A DNA stretch of 64,000 nt, taken from NCBI GenBank assembly GCA_030141605.1, contig JAQGDQ010000062.1:682001-746000 (forward strand), given 5' to 3'. The stretch comes from Tubiluchus corallicola (Eukaryota; Animalia; Priapulida). Shown one piece after another: positions 14,501-28,026 of this stretch; the first letter of the stretch is position 1, and every line of letters starts with the position of its first letter. The notes under the pieces are model-generated. The model saw nothing but the letters and a program-made list of their open reading frames with translations. It was not told where the DNA came from and made no database searches. A program made the translations under genes and the position numbers.

Positions 14501-17500
14501 TTGCATCTAATCAGCTAACTTTCTACATTTAGAAGTTTCTTTGTTACTCATTCTACATTTTTGACTTTTTTGTAGTTGGATAGAAACCTTGACCTGGCTG
14601 TAGCTGCAGCTAACCAAGTTTTACTGCCATACAATGTTTTGCTGTGCATGGAGGATTTTGGAAAGTTATCGTGCCATAAAATTTTTGTATCCTTGTACTA
14701 CAATAACATGTTATTGTTTAATTGCAATATTAACTTAATAGACATGCCTTTACCTCAGTAATTTAATAATTCGTGTTAGAGAGTGAAAATCAGTACTGAT
14801 AGTGATGTCATTGTTGAACAAACTGAATCTGCATTAAACTGTTCACATGTGTGCAATTTAAAACTAATTATTATAAAGTAATTTGACATACATTTAGAAT
14901 AGCATCCAGCTGTTCCCCTTCAGGCTTGCTTGTCATTGTGAGAAACTCTTACAAAAGTCTAATTTAATTAACTATGTTCAATTTAGCCTACTAGTGTGCC
15001 GATATAAATAATACTAGGTAAATTTAGGTACCATTAATATGGCGAGGTAGGTGTGGAGAATTAACGGAATTGCTTCTTTGCTCCAATTGTTTTATCAATT
15101 TGAATTTTTTGTAAATAATTTTCTTTTCAAAATTCGTTATTCTCTAGTAGGATTCTTCCAACATTTTTACTTTTTCCTGAAAAAAGAATTTGAGTTTGAT
15201 GTTTATGCTTAACTCGTTCATGCAGCTACACTTTTTCTATTATGACATTAGCGGATGTGTGGTAAGTGCTACTTTGCTTAAACTCCATAGTGCATTATAA
15301 TATTACATATATATTTGTATAATGCCCACAATGCACCACAAGCATCACATATACACTACACACACACACACAAACAAACATACCTATGCACACGCACGCA
15401 CACACACACATATATACAGTTTGTGATCGGTGTACATACATATACTTGTACCAGAACCACATTGCAAGGCCTGCGACCGTAAGTGCAATAAAAATATATA
15501 ATTCTAAGTACTACATTAGTGAAAAAATCACAAATGTTTGAAGTTATCAGATGCCGGTTCGCTTATTATGGTTTTCTTTGAAAACAAAACAGAACCAATT
15601 ATTTCCGCAAAAAGATTTAAAAATTGGATGGTCTTAAACAAAATTTATGTCAATGAAGAATAAAGATACATTCGATATATGAAGTGGAAAATTTGAATGA
15701 GAATATTTGTGGTTAATCAGTAAAATTGTACATTCAACTTGCTATGTTACTGAAGACAAATGAAATATTTTTAGTGCAGGTATAATGTTGTCAAACTTTC
15801 TAGCTTCAATTACAAGCCATGTAGCACTGTTTTACACATGCTGTAATCTGCAAACCATACAAAGTAGAAGTGAGTAGTAAACAGTTGGAAAATTGTAAGG
15901 TGTGAGGCAGCAAAAATGCTCCCAATTCCTCCACAAACGCTCGACCAACTGCAGCAGAAGGCAGTGTGTAACATGTTGGTTGATTAATTTAACATTTTTG
16001 CCCAAGCACACCTTCATAATTGCCATTTAATTATGAGATCCTTATAACTATTAACATTAATATTTTTTTGTTTAAGCACAAAATCAGTACACTGCTAGCT
16101 GAACAGGAAAAGAGGAAGAAATCTGCAAAACAAAGAAAAGATTTGGCTTCCGGAAAGTCTTTGAAAGAAACTGTGAGCAAAAAACTTTATATAAATCTTA
16201 TAATATTTATTCTTCACAGACTTTCTTGTTAGCCTTTAGAAGTACTTCCGTATTTATTTTCTTTTTTCTTATCTTTTTAAGTAGCTATACTGTTTGATTT
16301 TTCTTGTTTGCCATTTTATTGAATATAAAAATTATATAATTTATTTCATGCGTAATAAAGATACATTACACAAAATCGCATGATAATCATAAATAAATAG
16401 TTAAATGGGTTCATCGGTCGTCATACAATTTGAGAAGCATATTAATTCGTTACGATTGAGCGTTAAAAGTTTGCCTTTCAAGGATGAAATAATATCTAAT
16501 GCATGTATAACAGATTACTTTTGAATTTACTTTCTTACTTTTGATAGAAATTGAATGTATCGTCTAGTTTTTAATATTAACTTATGCATCATAAAGCTGT
16601 TTATTTGCAGTCTTGCTATTCCATTTGGCATTTCTCACTGTTATTCTGAACTTGAGCATATGGCAATAAGTGCTTGAGTGTGTCATGTTGTATAAAAGGG
16701 GTCACATAATGCAACTCACTATTACTCAAGTTCTGTTTGATTTTTAGATTATTAGAAAAAACATGTTTGAATTTGAATGTAAAGACTAGAAAGGGCTTAG
16801 TTTTACATAAAAATCCAAGTTTATGTACTGTATTTTCAAATTCTCAATGCATAATTATATTTATTTCAATAACATTTGTATGAAAGTTATGACTAAATGA
16901 TTACTGTTTGCACCATATTCATACAGTGTAGTTACATCTAGAAAACATGCATTTTTCATCATATTATTAGTATTTAATAGTAATGTACTATAGATACGAT
17001 GCTCTACTCTTAATTTAATGTAATACAGGACACTATTGAACAAGGCACACTGCCCACAGTAACTAGAAATTCACTAGTAACAAACCAGACAGATGAATGT
17101 GATCTGAATATGGTAGCTGGATCAGCTGTTGTTCCAATTGAAATCGACACGGATGTTATACTCGATGAAGCAAATGCTGATATTCCATCCTCATCGAAGC
17201 CAAGCATTCGGGTTTGTTGCTTTTATCTCTTTAGGTCTTTATATTAACTTTGTAGCCGCAATGTTAAATGCGTAAATGTGTATATTAGTAGAATTTTTTC
17301 CCTGCAAATATTGGGGCTGCACTATTATTACTATTATTATTTATAATAGTATAAAACAAAGATTTATTATTATCTCTCTTGCTCCTTCCCTACCTCCCTC
17401 CCCCCCTCTCTCTCATTTCCATCTTCTTTTCCCCTCTCTGTTTTGTTTCTCACCATTTCCCTGACTTATATCCTTTCTTTCTCACCCCCTCTCTCCGTTG

Positions 17501-18388
17501 CTTGCTGCTTGTATGTGTACTAAACAGTAACATACATAACTAATTGAACATGAGAATTAGGTCAATGGCTCTACAAAATGTGCCATAATTTTTTATAGCT
17601 GCACTGCAAAATAGGAAGAACATTCCAGAGAAAAAGTGCAGGATAAACAATTGTAAAATTCTACTAGCTCAACACAGCAAACGTTATTTAACAATAACAG
17701 CTTACAAAAATTAACTAGTCAGTCATTATGCATTTGCTAAACTAATTTTACTTTCGAATTTAGCAAATGTACATTTTCATGAAAGTAAGGCTTTTCTCTA
17801 TATGTAAACTATGCTGCTTTTACTTCTGAAAAATTGACTAATAACTTATTAATTAAAATTAAGACATTGTGTAACTGTGCACACTGATGAAAGAACAGTT
17901 GAACTTGTAAATTTTTTATTTAGTCTCCGATATTTACAAAATGAACAATCTAAAAATAAAATAAAAAACAGAAAAGAGACTGCGTGATAATTCTAATAAA
18001 ATTCATCTCATATTTTATCTTATAATTTTGGTTGGCAGTAATTATGGTGGTTCTACATGAACTGAGGATGCACAAACCATTTCCACATCGCATTGTTTGC
18101 TGTCTGCAAGATCTTGGTGTATGTGCTCTTGGCAAGCTACTAAGATTTTTTTGTTTAATTCACTCATTATTTTTTTGTTAGCTGAAAGCAGAGAAAATTG
18201 CATTGCAGTTTACCCAACATTACCTGAGAAGTTTGGCTCGTGAATCACTCCAGTTTCCAACGACATTCACAGAGGGCATGTTACGGCCCACCATAGCTCA
18301 CTGTCGTATAGCTTATTGTCTTTGTCAGTATGTTGAAGAAAATTACTTTCAGCACAAGAAGCCCAAGTGGTATGAAGCTATTTTATAA
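8565..18388 (+). CDS. TMEM268: Transmembrane protein 268-like (TMEM268/C9orf91), 8 coding exons, ~351 aa
   Basis: GT-AG exons with matching phases: 8565-8640, 10938-11053, 12113-12343, 14576-14686, 15226-15261, 16077-16172, 17029-17211, 18182-18388 (1056 nt). Motifs NG..LV, LPAHEY..ALEFLVND.RF..Y, two TM helices, LDLAVAAANQVL, HFFYYDISGCV and HC..AYCLCQYVE follow TMEM268 in order. Confidence 0.85.
8830..10365. mobile_element. Degenerate inverted-repeat element (MITE-like) in TMEM268 intron 1
   Basis: aagtggatattgttccgatgatcggaa at ~8834 and its reverse complement at ~10336-10364; subterminal gttccgatcatcggaac-type repeats; no TSD found. Confidence 0.6.
12575..13249. mobile_element. Tc1/pogo(Tigger)-like MITE in TMEM268 intron 3
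   Basis: Ends ta(t)cgtatatac..gtacaagtcga / tcgacttgtacacacgtatata, plus subterminal gtcgactt repeats, resembling pogo-family MITE ends. Confidence 0.6.
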
Positions 18389-19194
18389 AAAGAAACTTAA
18401 TTTTTTATGGACTTTGTTAAAGACAGTTGGTAATTTACAAAAAATAGTATTGTATTATTAGTTTATATAAAATTATTCCTCATCATTTTAAATTGTGTAT
18501 GAATGTGAGAAGATTATGCATGTTTTAGGTACAAAAGTGAAACTGGTTTTTTTATTTTATATCCTTTATAACTGTTCAGAATGTGCGTCTTCTAATATTT
18601 TGTGCACCAAAATGTCCAATAAATCTTGCAGCTTAAAGCAGAACTGAAAGAAAAAATAGTTCCTGTAACCTTTTAGCTTGGTTTGCAGCTATAATCTAAA
18701 CAGTCATAATATAATCAAGCATTCTGATTTTGAAAATGAGGCCCCTAAATTTTAATCACTATTTACTGGCAGTAAGTTCCACATCAGCATCTCATTGTAG
18801 TAAGGAGGCTTATTTCTATCAGCTGCCTGCCCTGTGCTCCATAAAATATTTTGTGACTTCAGATAGCAGAACCGCTTTTATTGTAATTACTGTTCTAATG
18901 CCTGCAGTATGCTCGATTAGTTACTTTTTATTTTGTATTCATAACAGTTCTTTTCTCATAGGCACCCTCATTATACAACTGAGCACTATGTAATGACTTC
19001 TGCATCAAGTTTATTGTTCCAGGGTGCCTGTACCTATAACTGGTTCTTTTGCTTCAAAATTGTAACTGTTGTGGTCTAATTTAACCTGACTTGACAGCAA
19101 TTTTCCAACAATGCCATCCACACCATTTTATTTACTGTTTTTCACCCTACTTTTACCTTAAACTCTGCAGGACTGTGCTTTTACACAATGCAGC

Positions 19195-20360
19195 GCTCTA
19201 ATCAGCATTCCACCTGCCCTCTTTTGGCATTCTAGCAGTGCTCTGTGAGCCTATAATCAACATTCTTACATCTCTCTGCGAGCCTGTAAACAGCATTCTA
19301 ACAGCTCTCTGTTAACCTGTAATCAGCATTCTAACAGCTCTCTGTTAACCTGTAATCAGCATTCTCACAGCTCTCTGTTAACCTGTAATCAGCATTCTAA
19401 CAGCTCTCTGTTAACTTATATAATCAGCATTCTCACAGCTCTCTGTGAGCCTGTAATCAGACTTCTACTGCCGCTCTACGAACTTGTAATCAGCATTCTA
19501 ACAGCTCTTTGCGAGGCTGTAATCAGCATTCTAATAGCTATCTGTGAGGCTGTAATCAGCATTCTAATAGCTATCTGTGAGCCTGTAATCAGCATTCTAG
19601 CAGCTGTCTGTGAGCCTGTAATCAGCATTCTAGCAGCTGTCTGTGAGCCTATAATCAGCATTCTAACAGCTGTCTGTGAGCCTATAATCAGCATTCTAGC
19701 AGCTGTCTGTGAGCCTGTAATGAGCATTCTAGCAGCTGTCTGTGAGCCTGTAGTCAACATTCTAGCAGCTGTCTGTGAGCCTGTAGTCAACATTCTAGCA
19801 GCTGTCTGTGAGCCTATAATTAGCATTCTACCAGCGCTCTGTGAGCCTGTAATCAGCATTCTACCAGCGCTCTGTGAGCCTGTAGTCAACATTCTAGCAG
19901 CTGTCTGTGAGCCTATAATTAGCATTCTACCAGCACTCTATGAGTCTGTAATCAGCATTCTAATAGCTATCTGTGAGCCTGTAATCAGCATTCTAGCAGC
20001 TGTCTGTGAGCCTGTAATCAGCATTCTAGCAGCTGTCTGTGAGCCTATAATCAGCATTCTAACAGCTGTCTGTGAGCCTATAATCAGCATTCTAGCAGCT
20101 GTCTGTGAGCCTGTAATGAGCATTCTAGCAGCTGTCTGTGAGCCTGTAGTCAACATTCTAGCAGCTGTCTGTGAGCCTGTAGTCAACATTCTAGCAGCTG
20201 TCTGTGAGCCTATAATTAGCATTCTACCAGCGCTCTGTGAGCCTGTAATCAGCATTCTACCAGTGCTCTGCGAGCCTGTAGTCAGCATTCTAGCAGCTGT
20301 CTGTGAGCCCCTAATCGGCATTCTACCAGTGAGCCTCTAATCAGCATTCTCCAGTGCTCT
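19195..20360. repeat. 33-bp minisatellite (~35 units) with a higher-order ~396-bp duplication
   Basis: Unit gagcctgtaatcagcattctagcagctgtctgt; the same series of variant units recurs at ~19550-19940 and ~19950-20260. Confidence 0.95.
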
Positions 20361-23300
20361 GCAGAAAGAGTGGAGCTTACTTATTATGGAATCTAACTGA
20401 TTATAAAGGATAGTCCAATGTCTTTTAGCTGTATTTTGCATTATTTGAATCAGGTTTTTTACTTATATAATCCAGAAGCTAGTATAATATTAACTATAAT
20501 TATCGTTTTATATTTGTCTTTTTATACTGATAAGATAACATTTCATTTTGCTTTTTCGTTGCTAATTATGTGCACATTTCTTATGTATAGCAGCTATTAA
20601 CTTATAATCGTGAATTTATTTTGTTTTTCATGTGTAGGTTTTATGTGTTAATTTTACTTGCATTAATAGTGAACCCAAATCGCAAAATATCTTTTTTATG
20701 GTTGTTAAGTTTTTAGAATAATTGGGTAGCATTCCATTTTTGTTCTAAACAGTTATTTATGTATGCATTCCTTAACACGTAGCAGCAGCTACTGTTTTTA
20801 TAATTATAAATGTATTTAGTTTTTTTCACGTGTGCTGGTACGGAATTCTAATTGTGCCACCAGAGCATTGAATGCAACAACAAAATGCAAGTGCACTTAT
20901 TTTTGCTAAAGGACGTATTTGTATCTCAGGAAAACTCTTCCATCCCTGGATGGATTCCACATATCAGTGACTGAACTATGCAGAATAATTTATGCTTGGA
21001 AAATTTTGAAATTTAATTCCACTTCCTAATTTTATATTGCATTCATTATTGTCATTTTCTTGGAAATTTATTTGCTATTATGTAGTAATTTTTTCAGATT
21101 TTTTTCCAAAATGAAAAATTATAATTAAATGCGTGATTGATTGTCATTTTGCCCGAAATTTCTTTTTGGGTTCACTGAATTATAATTAACTATAGGTTTA
21201 AAATTAATTCATCTAATTTCTATAACTAATTAGTTGGACAGCCACCCTAATGTTCTATATTTTAATCCTGCTTTCCTTAATCCCTTATTTATGTATATCC
21301 TAGTGGCCCTATAACTAGAGAGGTATGCGACATATGGTCAGTTGGTCACCTCTGTGAGTGTGGGACATGTCATAAAATTAATCACAATGTGCATCCAAGC
21401 AAATGCACTGCACATTGTCAATTAAGTGGATTTACATATTGGGCTTGAGAACTCCTACAGACACAATTGACTTTTTCGTTTATATTTATTCCTTAAATTA
21501 TGTATTAGAGAAATACAACAGTTACCAGGTCATTAGAGTACCCTGCCAAAAAGTCTTAAAAGAGAAACTTGTCTGTTACTACCTTTCCATACTAGTGCTA
21601 GCTTTAATTTGTAAAATGTAGTCTGATCAAGATTATGGTGCATATACAGTAGTTATATACTATATAGTTAAACAAAATTTATTATTTTGTAACAATTTGC
21701 AAATGTACTGTAATATACATCTTATTTGTAGATTGCTTTGCAGAAACTATGTTATTGCTACTGGTCATTGGTCAAAGCAGTAAAAATTCATTTGTAGATT
21801 TAAGATTTGTAAATGTTGTGTAATTGTTCAACTTTTCCTATAATTAACAATATTATGCATGAGCAGTGCGTGAATCTTATTTTATTTTTTGCAGACTTTT
21901 ATTAGGAAACCTTATATGGGCTTGATATCTTCAAATTATTTTACTTTAAATTTATTTATTTATTTATTATTGCAAAGACTTTTAAACATATAGCTGTAAC
22001 TAATATTTATTTGGCATTAGTGTATTTATGTAATTTAAAGCATTCCAAGTTTCTGGTATTGTCAAGTTTATCTTTGTTAAATTTTCAGGGCTGTAGCAGT
22101 TTTGTTTTCCTAAAAGCTATAATATTATAATTTTTCATTTTTTTAATATAACTATAAAAAGATATTCCACTATTTTTTATTGTTCGCAGTACAAAAATTA
22201 TATTAAAATCGCTTTCTCTGTTAAATCTGTAGTTAACAACTTAAAACATTTTGAAGTAAAATTTTGATAAAATTATATTTAAAAAAGGAAATAAAATTTA
22301 AAACTCACAATATTGTTTTTGAACTTCTGAAGAACTTGGTCTTTTAATTTGCATTTGTGTAATTGCATAATTGTATACTTAAGAGGCTTAAACTTTGTAA
22401 ACTGCATGTACAAGCATGGGGTTATGTTCACTTATAATGAAGTTCAAATAACACAATATCAGCAAAAGTTCAAATTTTATTGTTTGGAAAGTTCATGATT
22501 ACTTTATTGGAAAAATTGTTATTCAGTAAAGCAGCATTGAATTGAAATTTGAATGTTAAACAAAAAACATGTTAAAACTAAAAAGTTGCAGATGCAAATG
22601 AACCAAATTTCGTGCGATTCAGCCATTTTTGATAAGCTGCATGTTGCAACATGTACAATTTACATGTCGTAGAGAAACTAAGCATTAATTGAGCTATCTT
22701 GATTGACTGAATTGTCGGTAGTTTAACCTATAATTCTTCATCTTTGACCTTTAAATGGCTTCTGCATTTAATGCAATTGACTTCGCCTCATAAGCTTTTT
22801 CATGCTTTATTACAAGGTATGCATTGCATATTGTCATAGGTCAAGTGTTCAATCCCTGATCAGATCAGTCTCAACACGTGAATGTGTTGTTAATCAACTC
22901 GATGTGTTGCGAAACACGTATTCCAAAGGTCACGTTTTAAGCAGCACCTGTCACCAGTTGCAACCCCCAAAAAGGAAGTAACAGTTCACTTCGTTTGTTG
23001 TAAGTTTTTGTGAGACATTTTATAACGCCTAACAATAAAACCTAACAATATTAATCACTCAGTTTTCATATTTTGATTTTAATGATAGGCTTTCTTAATG
23101 GAGTAATGCTGGATTTTTTTTGACATGCCATACACATCTAATATACAATACACGTCAAGACGTCAAGTAAGCTAGGCTGCTAGCATTGCAGATATATAGG
23201 TCCACAAAGCTAACGGCCTAGCTCCTTACCGCCTTAGTAGGAATTTTAACTTTTTTATGCCCCAACAAGGCCAATGGCCACTGTATAATAAGGGGAAGGT

Positions 23301-23810
23301 GTTGCAATTAGTTACATAAAATATTAATAGTAAATTTATAATTATATACCTTCAGAATGTCAGTTACTTAATACCTATCAATAACACTAATTATTTCTAG
23401 TTGGGCTTAAATTATTATTATGTCACAAATTTTTACATTTTTGTGATTATGTCTCAGTAGTTACTGTATACTGTTTTGTGACTTTGTCTTGGCTGTCCGT
23501 ACCAGTCCAGATGTTGTTGCATTTGTGGTATGTTGTTATGTTTTTGCCAATAAATCTTAAAAGTTGTTTCAGAGACATTGCATTTGCGCTATGAAAATGC
23601 AGGCTGTGGTTTATTTATTTAGTTATAAGAGAAACAGTTTTTCTCCAGGGGAAAAACTGGCTCAAAAACTTTCACACTAAAATCATTTAATATTATTTAA
23701 ACTACAAAGTACCATTAAGATTAGCTCGTTCTAAGACCAACATATTCATATAATATAATAGATGTTTTCTTAGCTACCTTGCGGCTTCCCTCTTCTGTAT
23801 GGTAGGTCCC

Positions 23811-24009
23811 AATTTTCTTTCAGGTTTGTATAGCCTATATGTGTAATAAATGATTTTGTGTTCTATAGATATCGATATAGAACACTAAATCTTTTATGCT
23901 TTTTAAGTATTGTGCTAGTGCCACAAATAACAGTGCTTAAATAGAAGTGTGTATGATATAACCCTGAAGATTTTTTTACACATATAGGCTATGCAAACCT
24001 GAAAAAAAT
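23811..24009. repeat. Inverted repeat / small MITE remnant
   Basis: tttcaggtttgtatagcctatatgtgtaa versus ttacacatataggctatgcaaacctgaaa, ~130 bp apart. Confidence 0.65.
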
Positions 24010-24162
24010 TGCTTCGCATTAAATCTCGTGCCTTACCAGCTGAGTGAGTTCTTATAATCAATCAACAAATTTATCTTATCAAATCAAGGAGGTATCCGTT
24101 TTATCAACTGAATCTAATTCATTTTATAATTCTATTAATTAATCACCAAATCTGTATACCTA

Positions 24163-25850
24163 CAGCCTTTCGGTGTCTGGATGGGTGAGCATAACGGGGT
24201 TTAATAACGCTGCTTTTAATTCTCTAAAAGCCTTTTCCTGGGTGGGCCCCGTACCCTTCCCCATACGAACTTGACATTTTTCCTTGTCAGTTCTGTTAAC
24301 GGTCGAGCTATCTCAGCAAATCTTGGAATGTAATAATAATTACAGCTTCCTATAAAACTCCTCACCCCTCTCACATTTATTGGGCAGTCCATTGTTTGCA
24401 CTGCCTTGGCTTGGTCGGGATCGGGCCTTAAACCATTCTTACTTATGATGTATCCCAAAAATTGTACTTCCGACTTAAAGAATTGACACTTAGACAGCTT
24501 TAGGCGCAAATTAGCCTCACTTAACCATCTGAAAACCTCTTGCAAATGCTCCAAATGTTCCTCTCGAGTTTTTGAATAAACCAGTATATCATCAAGATAA
24601 GCTATGCTAAACTTATCAGTTATTCCATCTAATAACTTATTTATAACGCGCCAAAACACTGATGGGCTTGTTAGAAGACCCATGGGACTGCGTGTAAACA
24701 TATATGATCCCCCTTGCGTGACAAACGCCGTCTTGGGTTGATCATCTTTGTGTACAGGTATTTGCAAAAAACCTTGCCTTAAGTCCAAACAACTAAAATA
24801 TTTGGCTCCCTGCAATTTATCCGTGAAATTCGAGAGTGTTCGGCTGAGGTAGGCGTCGAACTTGACGCATTTATTGATCTTTCGGTAGTCGATAACCAAC
24901 CTATAACTTTTACCGTCAGCTTTCTTGACTAGCAGACATGGAGATGCCCATGGACTGTTAGCTGGCACTATAATCCTAGCTGCTAACAATTCACGAATAA
25001 TTTTATCTAATTCTCTCTCTAAATTATTAGGAATCCTGTATGGTCGAGAACGTATCGGCTCTGCATTACCAGTATCAATGCGCATCTGAGCTAATCTCGT
25101 CTCCCCTAACTCTAAGTCACAGCTCGCGAACACCCCTCTCCATGTATTCAATAATTTTTCTAATTTAGAACGCCAAATAGGAGACAAATGATCTAAATTA
25201 AAATCAACTTCTACTCTCTCTCCCGAAATCCCATCATGGTACCGCCATTGTTTATATTCGCCCCCTATATCCGCCAAAGAAACGCTTGGCGGTGGACCTT
25301 TCATAACTCTAAGTTCCATAAACATTCTGCCCCTGCCATAATACTGCACCTGAAGTGGGCAATTACCTGTCGCCCTGCTGTGCGCCTTACTACTATGCAT
25401 CTCGCCACGGGACATCGCGTTCACCGCTAAACGCTGCTCATTACGGCCTTGGGAAACCTGCCATATTCCCTTGTTCTGCACGGGCAGGCAGTGAAGGTTA
25501 CCATTCCTAAACCTTCGATGGCTATTTTCTCTATAAATATCACTCGAGCCGCTTCTATTACTCCGATTATTCGCTAGCGCTATAGCATGTTCATCTGCTA
25601 TGCTAATTTGCTGCGCGGTGCCAATCACACTATTCTTCCTAATTCTTATAGGCCTACACGAATTATTTCGTATGAGTAGTGAGCTCTTTTGCCCTCCTTC
25701 TACTCCAACTAAACCGGCCTCGAATCCAACCTCCGGGCGGTTCTTGAACACGGGCGCGTGTTCGGCCATTTCTACACACAAAAGCTGCCCATTTGGCCTA
25801 TCTCTTTTAATCCGAACACGCATCACGACTTCACTATTACTAGGTATTAA
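24163..25850 (-). mobile_element. Ty3/Gypsy LTR retrotransposon pol fragment (post-protease spacer, RT, start of connection/RNase H); no LTRs
   Basis: 536-aa ORF with IDTG..PI.SRPYR, SPWASP.LLVKK, RLVIDYRK.N, LDL.QGF.QI, KTAF, PMGL, YLDDIL, KC.F...VQFLGY, VRSFIG. After a frameshift it continues GPTQEKAFRELKAALLNPVMLTHPD. Confidence 0.95.
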
Positions 25851-26958
25851 AGTGTCTGATTATTGCTTTGCAATAGAGTCATTTCCGCTATCTGTAGGCA
25901 CTTGTTTTCTGTTGGATTTCACTACGTATTATTACGTGAACTTCAGAGTGACAGAATAGAGGGTGAGTTCCCAGTTTACAGGCAGTCAAGGGGGGCCAAT
26001 GCATTCATGCAAACTGGAGATGTCTGTTCAGCATTCAAGCGGAGACTGGCGCGTTTCTCTGGAGTTTGTGGACACAGACACATCATCCGAAATCCAGTTG
26101 CACACATGCAATGGGATTGATTTCGAGGATGCCAAAATTATGGAGATTTGTGTTGACGAGACTCTTTCCAAAACTGAACTGAATGTGTGTGCATATGTCG
26201 CAGGTTGGTTGGAGAGTAAGTGCCAAAATGACATTTCTTTTCCCCGAGGATGAGCCTCTCCTTTCTGAGGAAATGAAAATGTTCATTGAAGAAGTGTCTA
26301 GGGGAGGTCTTACAGTGCCCCACACATTCACGTTCGAATTCGTAACAACTGGCTTGTGTTTTGTGAAGAAGTCAACTCACACAGTCTGCTGCCGCAACAA
26401 GCTCATGAACATCCTCTCCATAATCAATGCCTACTTTGATTTTGGAGAATTTTCAAGAAATGCTCTGAGACGCCTGGCAAATGTACTGCTGCATGGACTA
26501 CACAATTTAGAGAAGGATCACCAGCAGAACTCAGCCCTTTACCAGACCTCCATTAAGAAGGCGCGACTAGCCGACTAATTGTCGCAAACATCTCTGCAAA
26601 ATGGTGAGTGCAATAATTTCATGTATTCAAATTTACACAGAGGAACCTATGAATGAGTTTATATAGTCCTGACAAAATGGTGCAGTCTGTTTATTCTCTA
26701 TAGAAAGTGACAGGTAATCTTCGGGACACAATGAGTTGCAGATATGGTGTGTTTTTTTGGGGGGGGATATCATAGGTACCACTGTTTTTAAATTACTAGA
26801 TGAATGAGGAATATGTTCTATGTGTATTGTGGCATGCTATAGGTCATCATGGGGGGTAAATATGTCCAAATTATTAGCACTAAATGTTAAAAATAGATCG
26901 CCTCTGCTAGCCGAGTCAGAGATCTGACCGTGCACGTCCTGTTGTATAGTAGTCCTTG
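25851..26958 (+). mobile_element. Internally deleted 3' portion of the P-element/THAP transposon (second, inverted copy)
   Basis: Near-identical to the reverse complement of the 3' part of 35397-38648; ~1-kb deletion junction at ~25887; ends in TIR ...gtatagtagtccttg; keeps the transposase C-terminus ..HQQNSALYQTSIKKARLAD*. Confidence 0.95.
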
Positions 26959-27135
26959 GTACGTACATATGTTTATCACAATTATCACTTATTTGTGAGG
27001 AATACTTATTGTGCCGAAGAAGTTTTTGTACATCATTTATCCTAATACCCTTTCACTTATGCTCGGAGTCTTTTCTAAAACAATGCTGTATCTTTGAAAA
27101 GCCAAGTGTGACAATACACAAACTATGTAAACAAT

Positions 27136-28026
27136 TTAAAAATTAAACCCTGGATCTGGGTCACCAGTTAGAAAATCTTGTGGCTGTTGCAGCTGCATTC
27201 CTGGTGGCATCTGCTGTTGTTGCATGATAATTTGTTGCACTTGTTGCTGTTGTTGTTGCTGCCTTTGCTAAAAAAGAGCAACCATAAACAAACAATACAA
27301 ACAATATCAAAAAATATTATTGCAAACTTTGTTGGTGCTTCAAGTAGGCACATGTGCAATTTTCTACTTACTAAAGAGTGAAAAAACAGTTTGAAATTTA
27401 ATAAAAATGGCAATGAAAATGTTGATGTTGATAAAATTACTAGGCAGTCAGTAAGTCTAACAACAAGAAAATCCTTGCTGTGTCTGTTTTTTAAGCTCTA
27501 GCTAGTTGAAGATGGCTAACGCAAAACATACCAAATTTAATGTTTATAAAATCAAAACGTTTATAATTTCTCTTTTAACTGGACATAAGTTCTCATATGT
27601 TTCACAACCTTTAGATAAATTTATATATACAGTTCTTTAAAAAAGGAATTTTTTGATAAAATAACAGCGTACAATGTTTGTTCTGTGAAGCTTTAAGTGT
27701 ACGGTTTGATGATACAAAAAATCAGTTTTACTGGAAAACAAAATGTGTAACGAGTTTTTAGAGAGAAACACCACCAATTAACACAATCATGAACAGGTGC
27801 ACTAATTTTAATTATAATAATCCATCTACATTAGCTTTAGCTAATTAATTATAAATTACTCGTTTAAAAAATAACAGTAAAAACATCTTACATGTTGAGA
27901 ATTTGTGAGATGTCGTAGCTGCTGATTCGATATTGGCAGTGGTTGTTGTTGCTGTTGCAGAAATTCTTGTTGCTGCTGTGCTGCCATCTGTTGTTGAAAT
28001 AATTGATGTCTTTGGGCTTGTAATGC
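27136..28026 (-). pseudogene. Two terminal exons of a glutamine-rich protein; upstream exons not found
   Basis: Exons 28026-27892 and 27267-27136 with canonical splice sites; phase 0 gives ALQAQRHQLFQQQMAAQQQQEFLQQQQQPLPISNQQLRHLTNSQH / QRQQQQQQQVQQIIMQQQQMPPGMQLQQPQDFLTGDPDPGFNF*. Confidence 0.65.

Noticed and set aside
19195-20360. CRISPR-like array
   Set aside because: Head-to-tail 33-bp units with no unique spacers, no cas genes, eukaryotic context; same for the arrays at 38927-39490 and 59862-60525.
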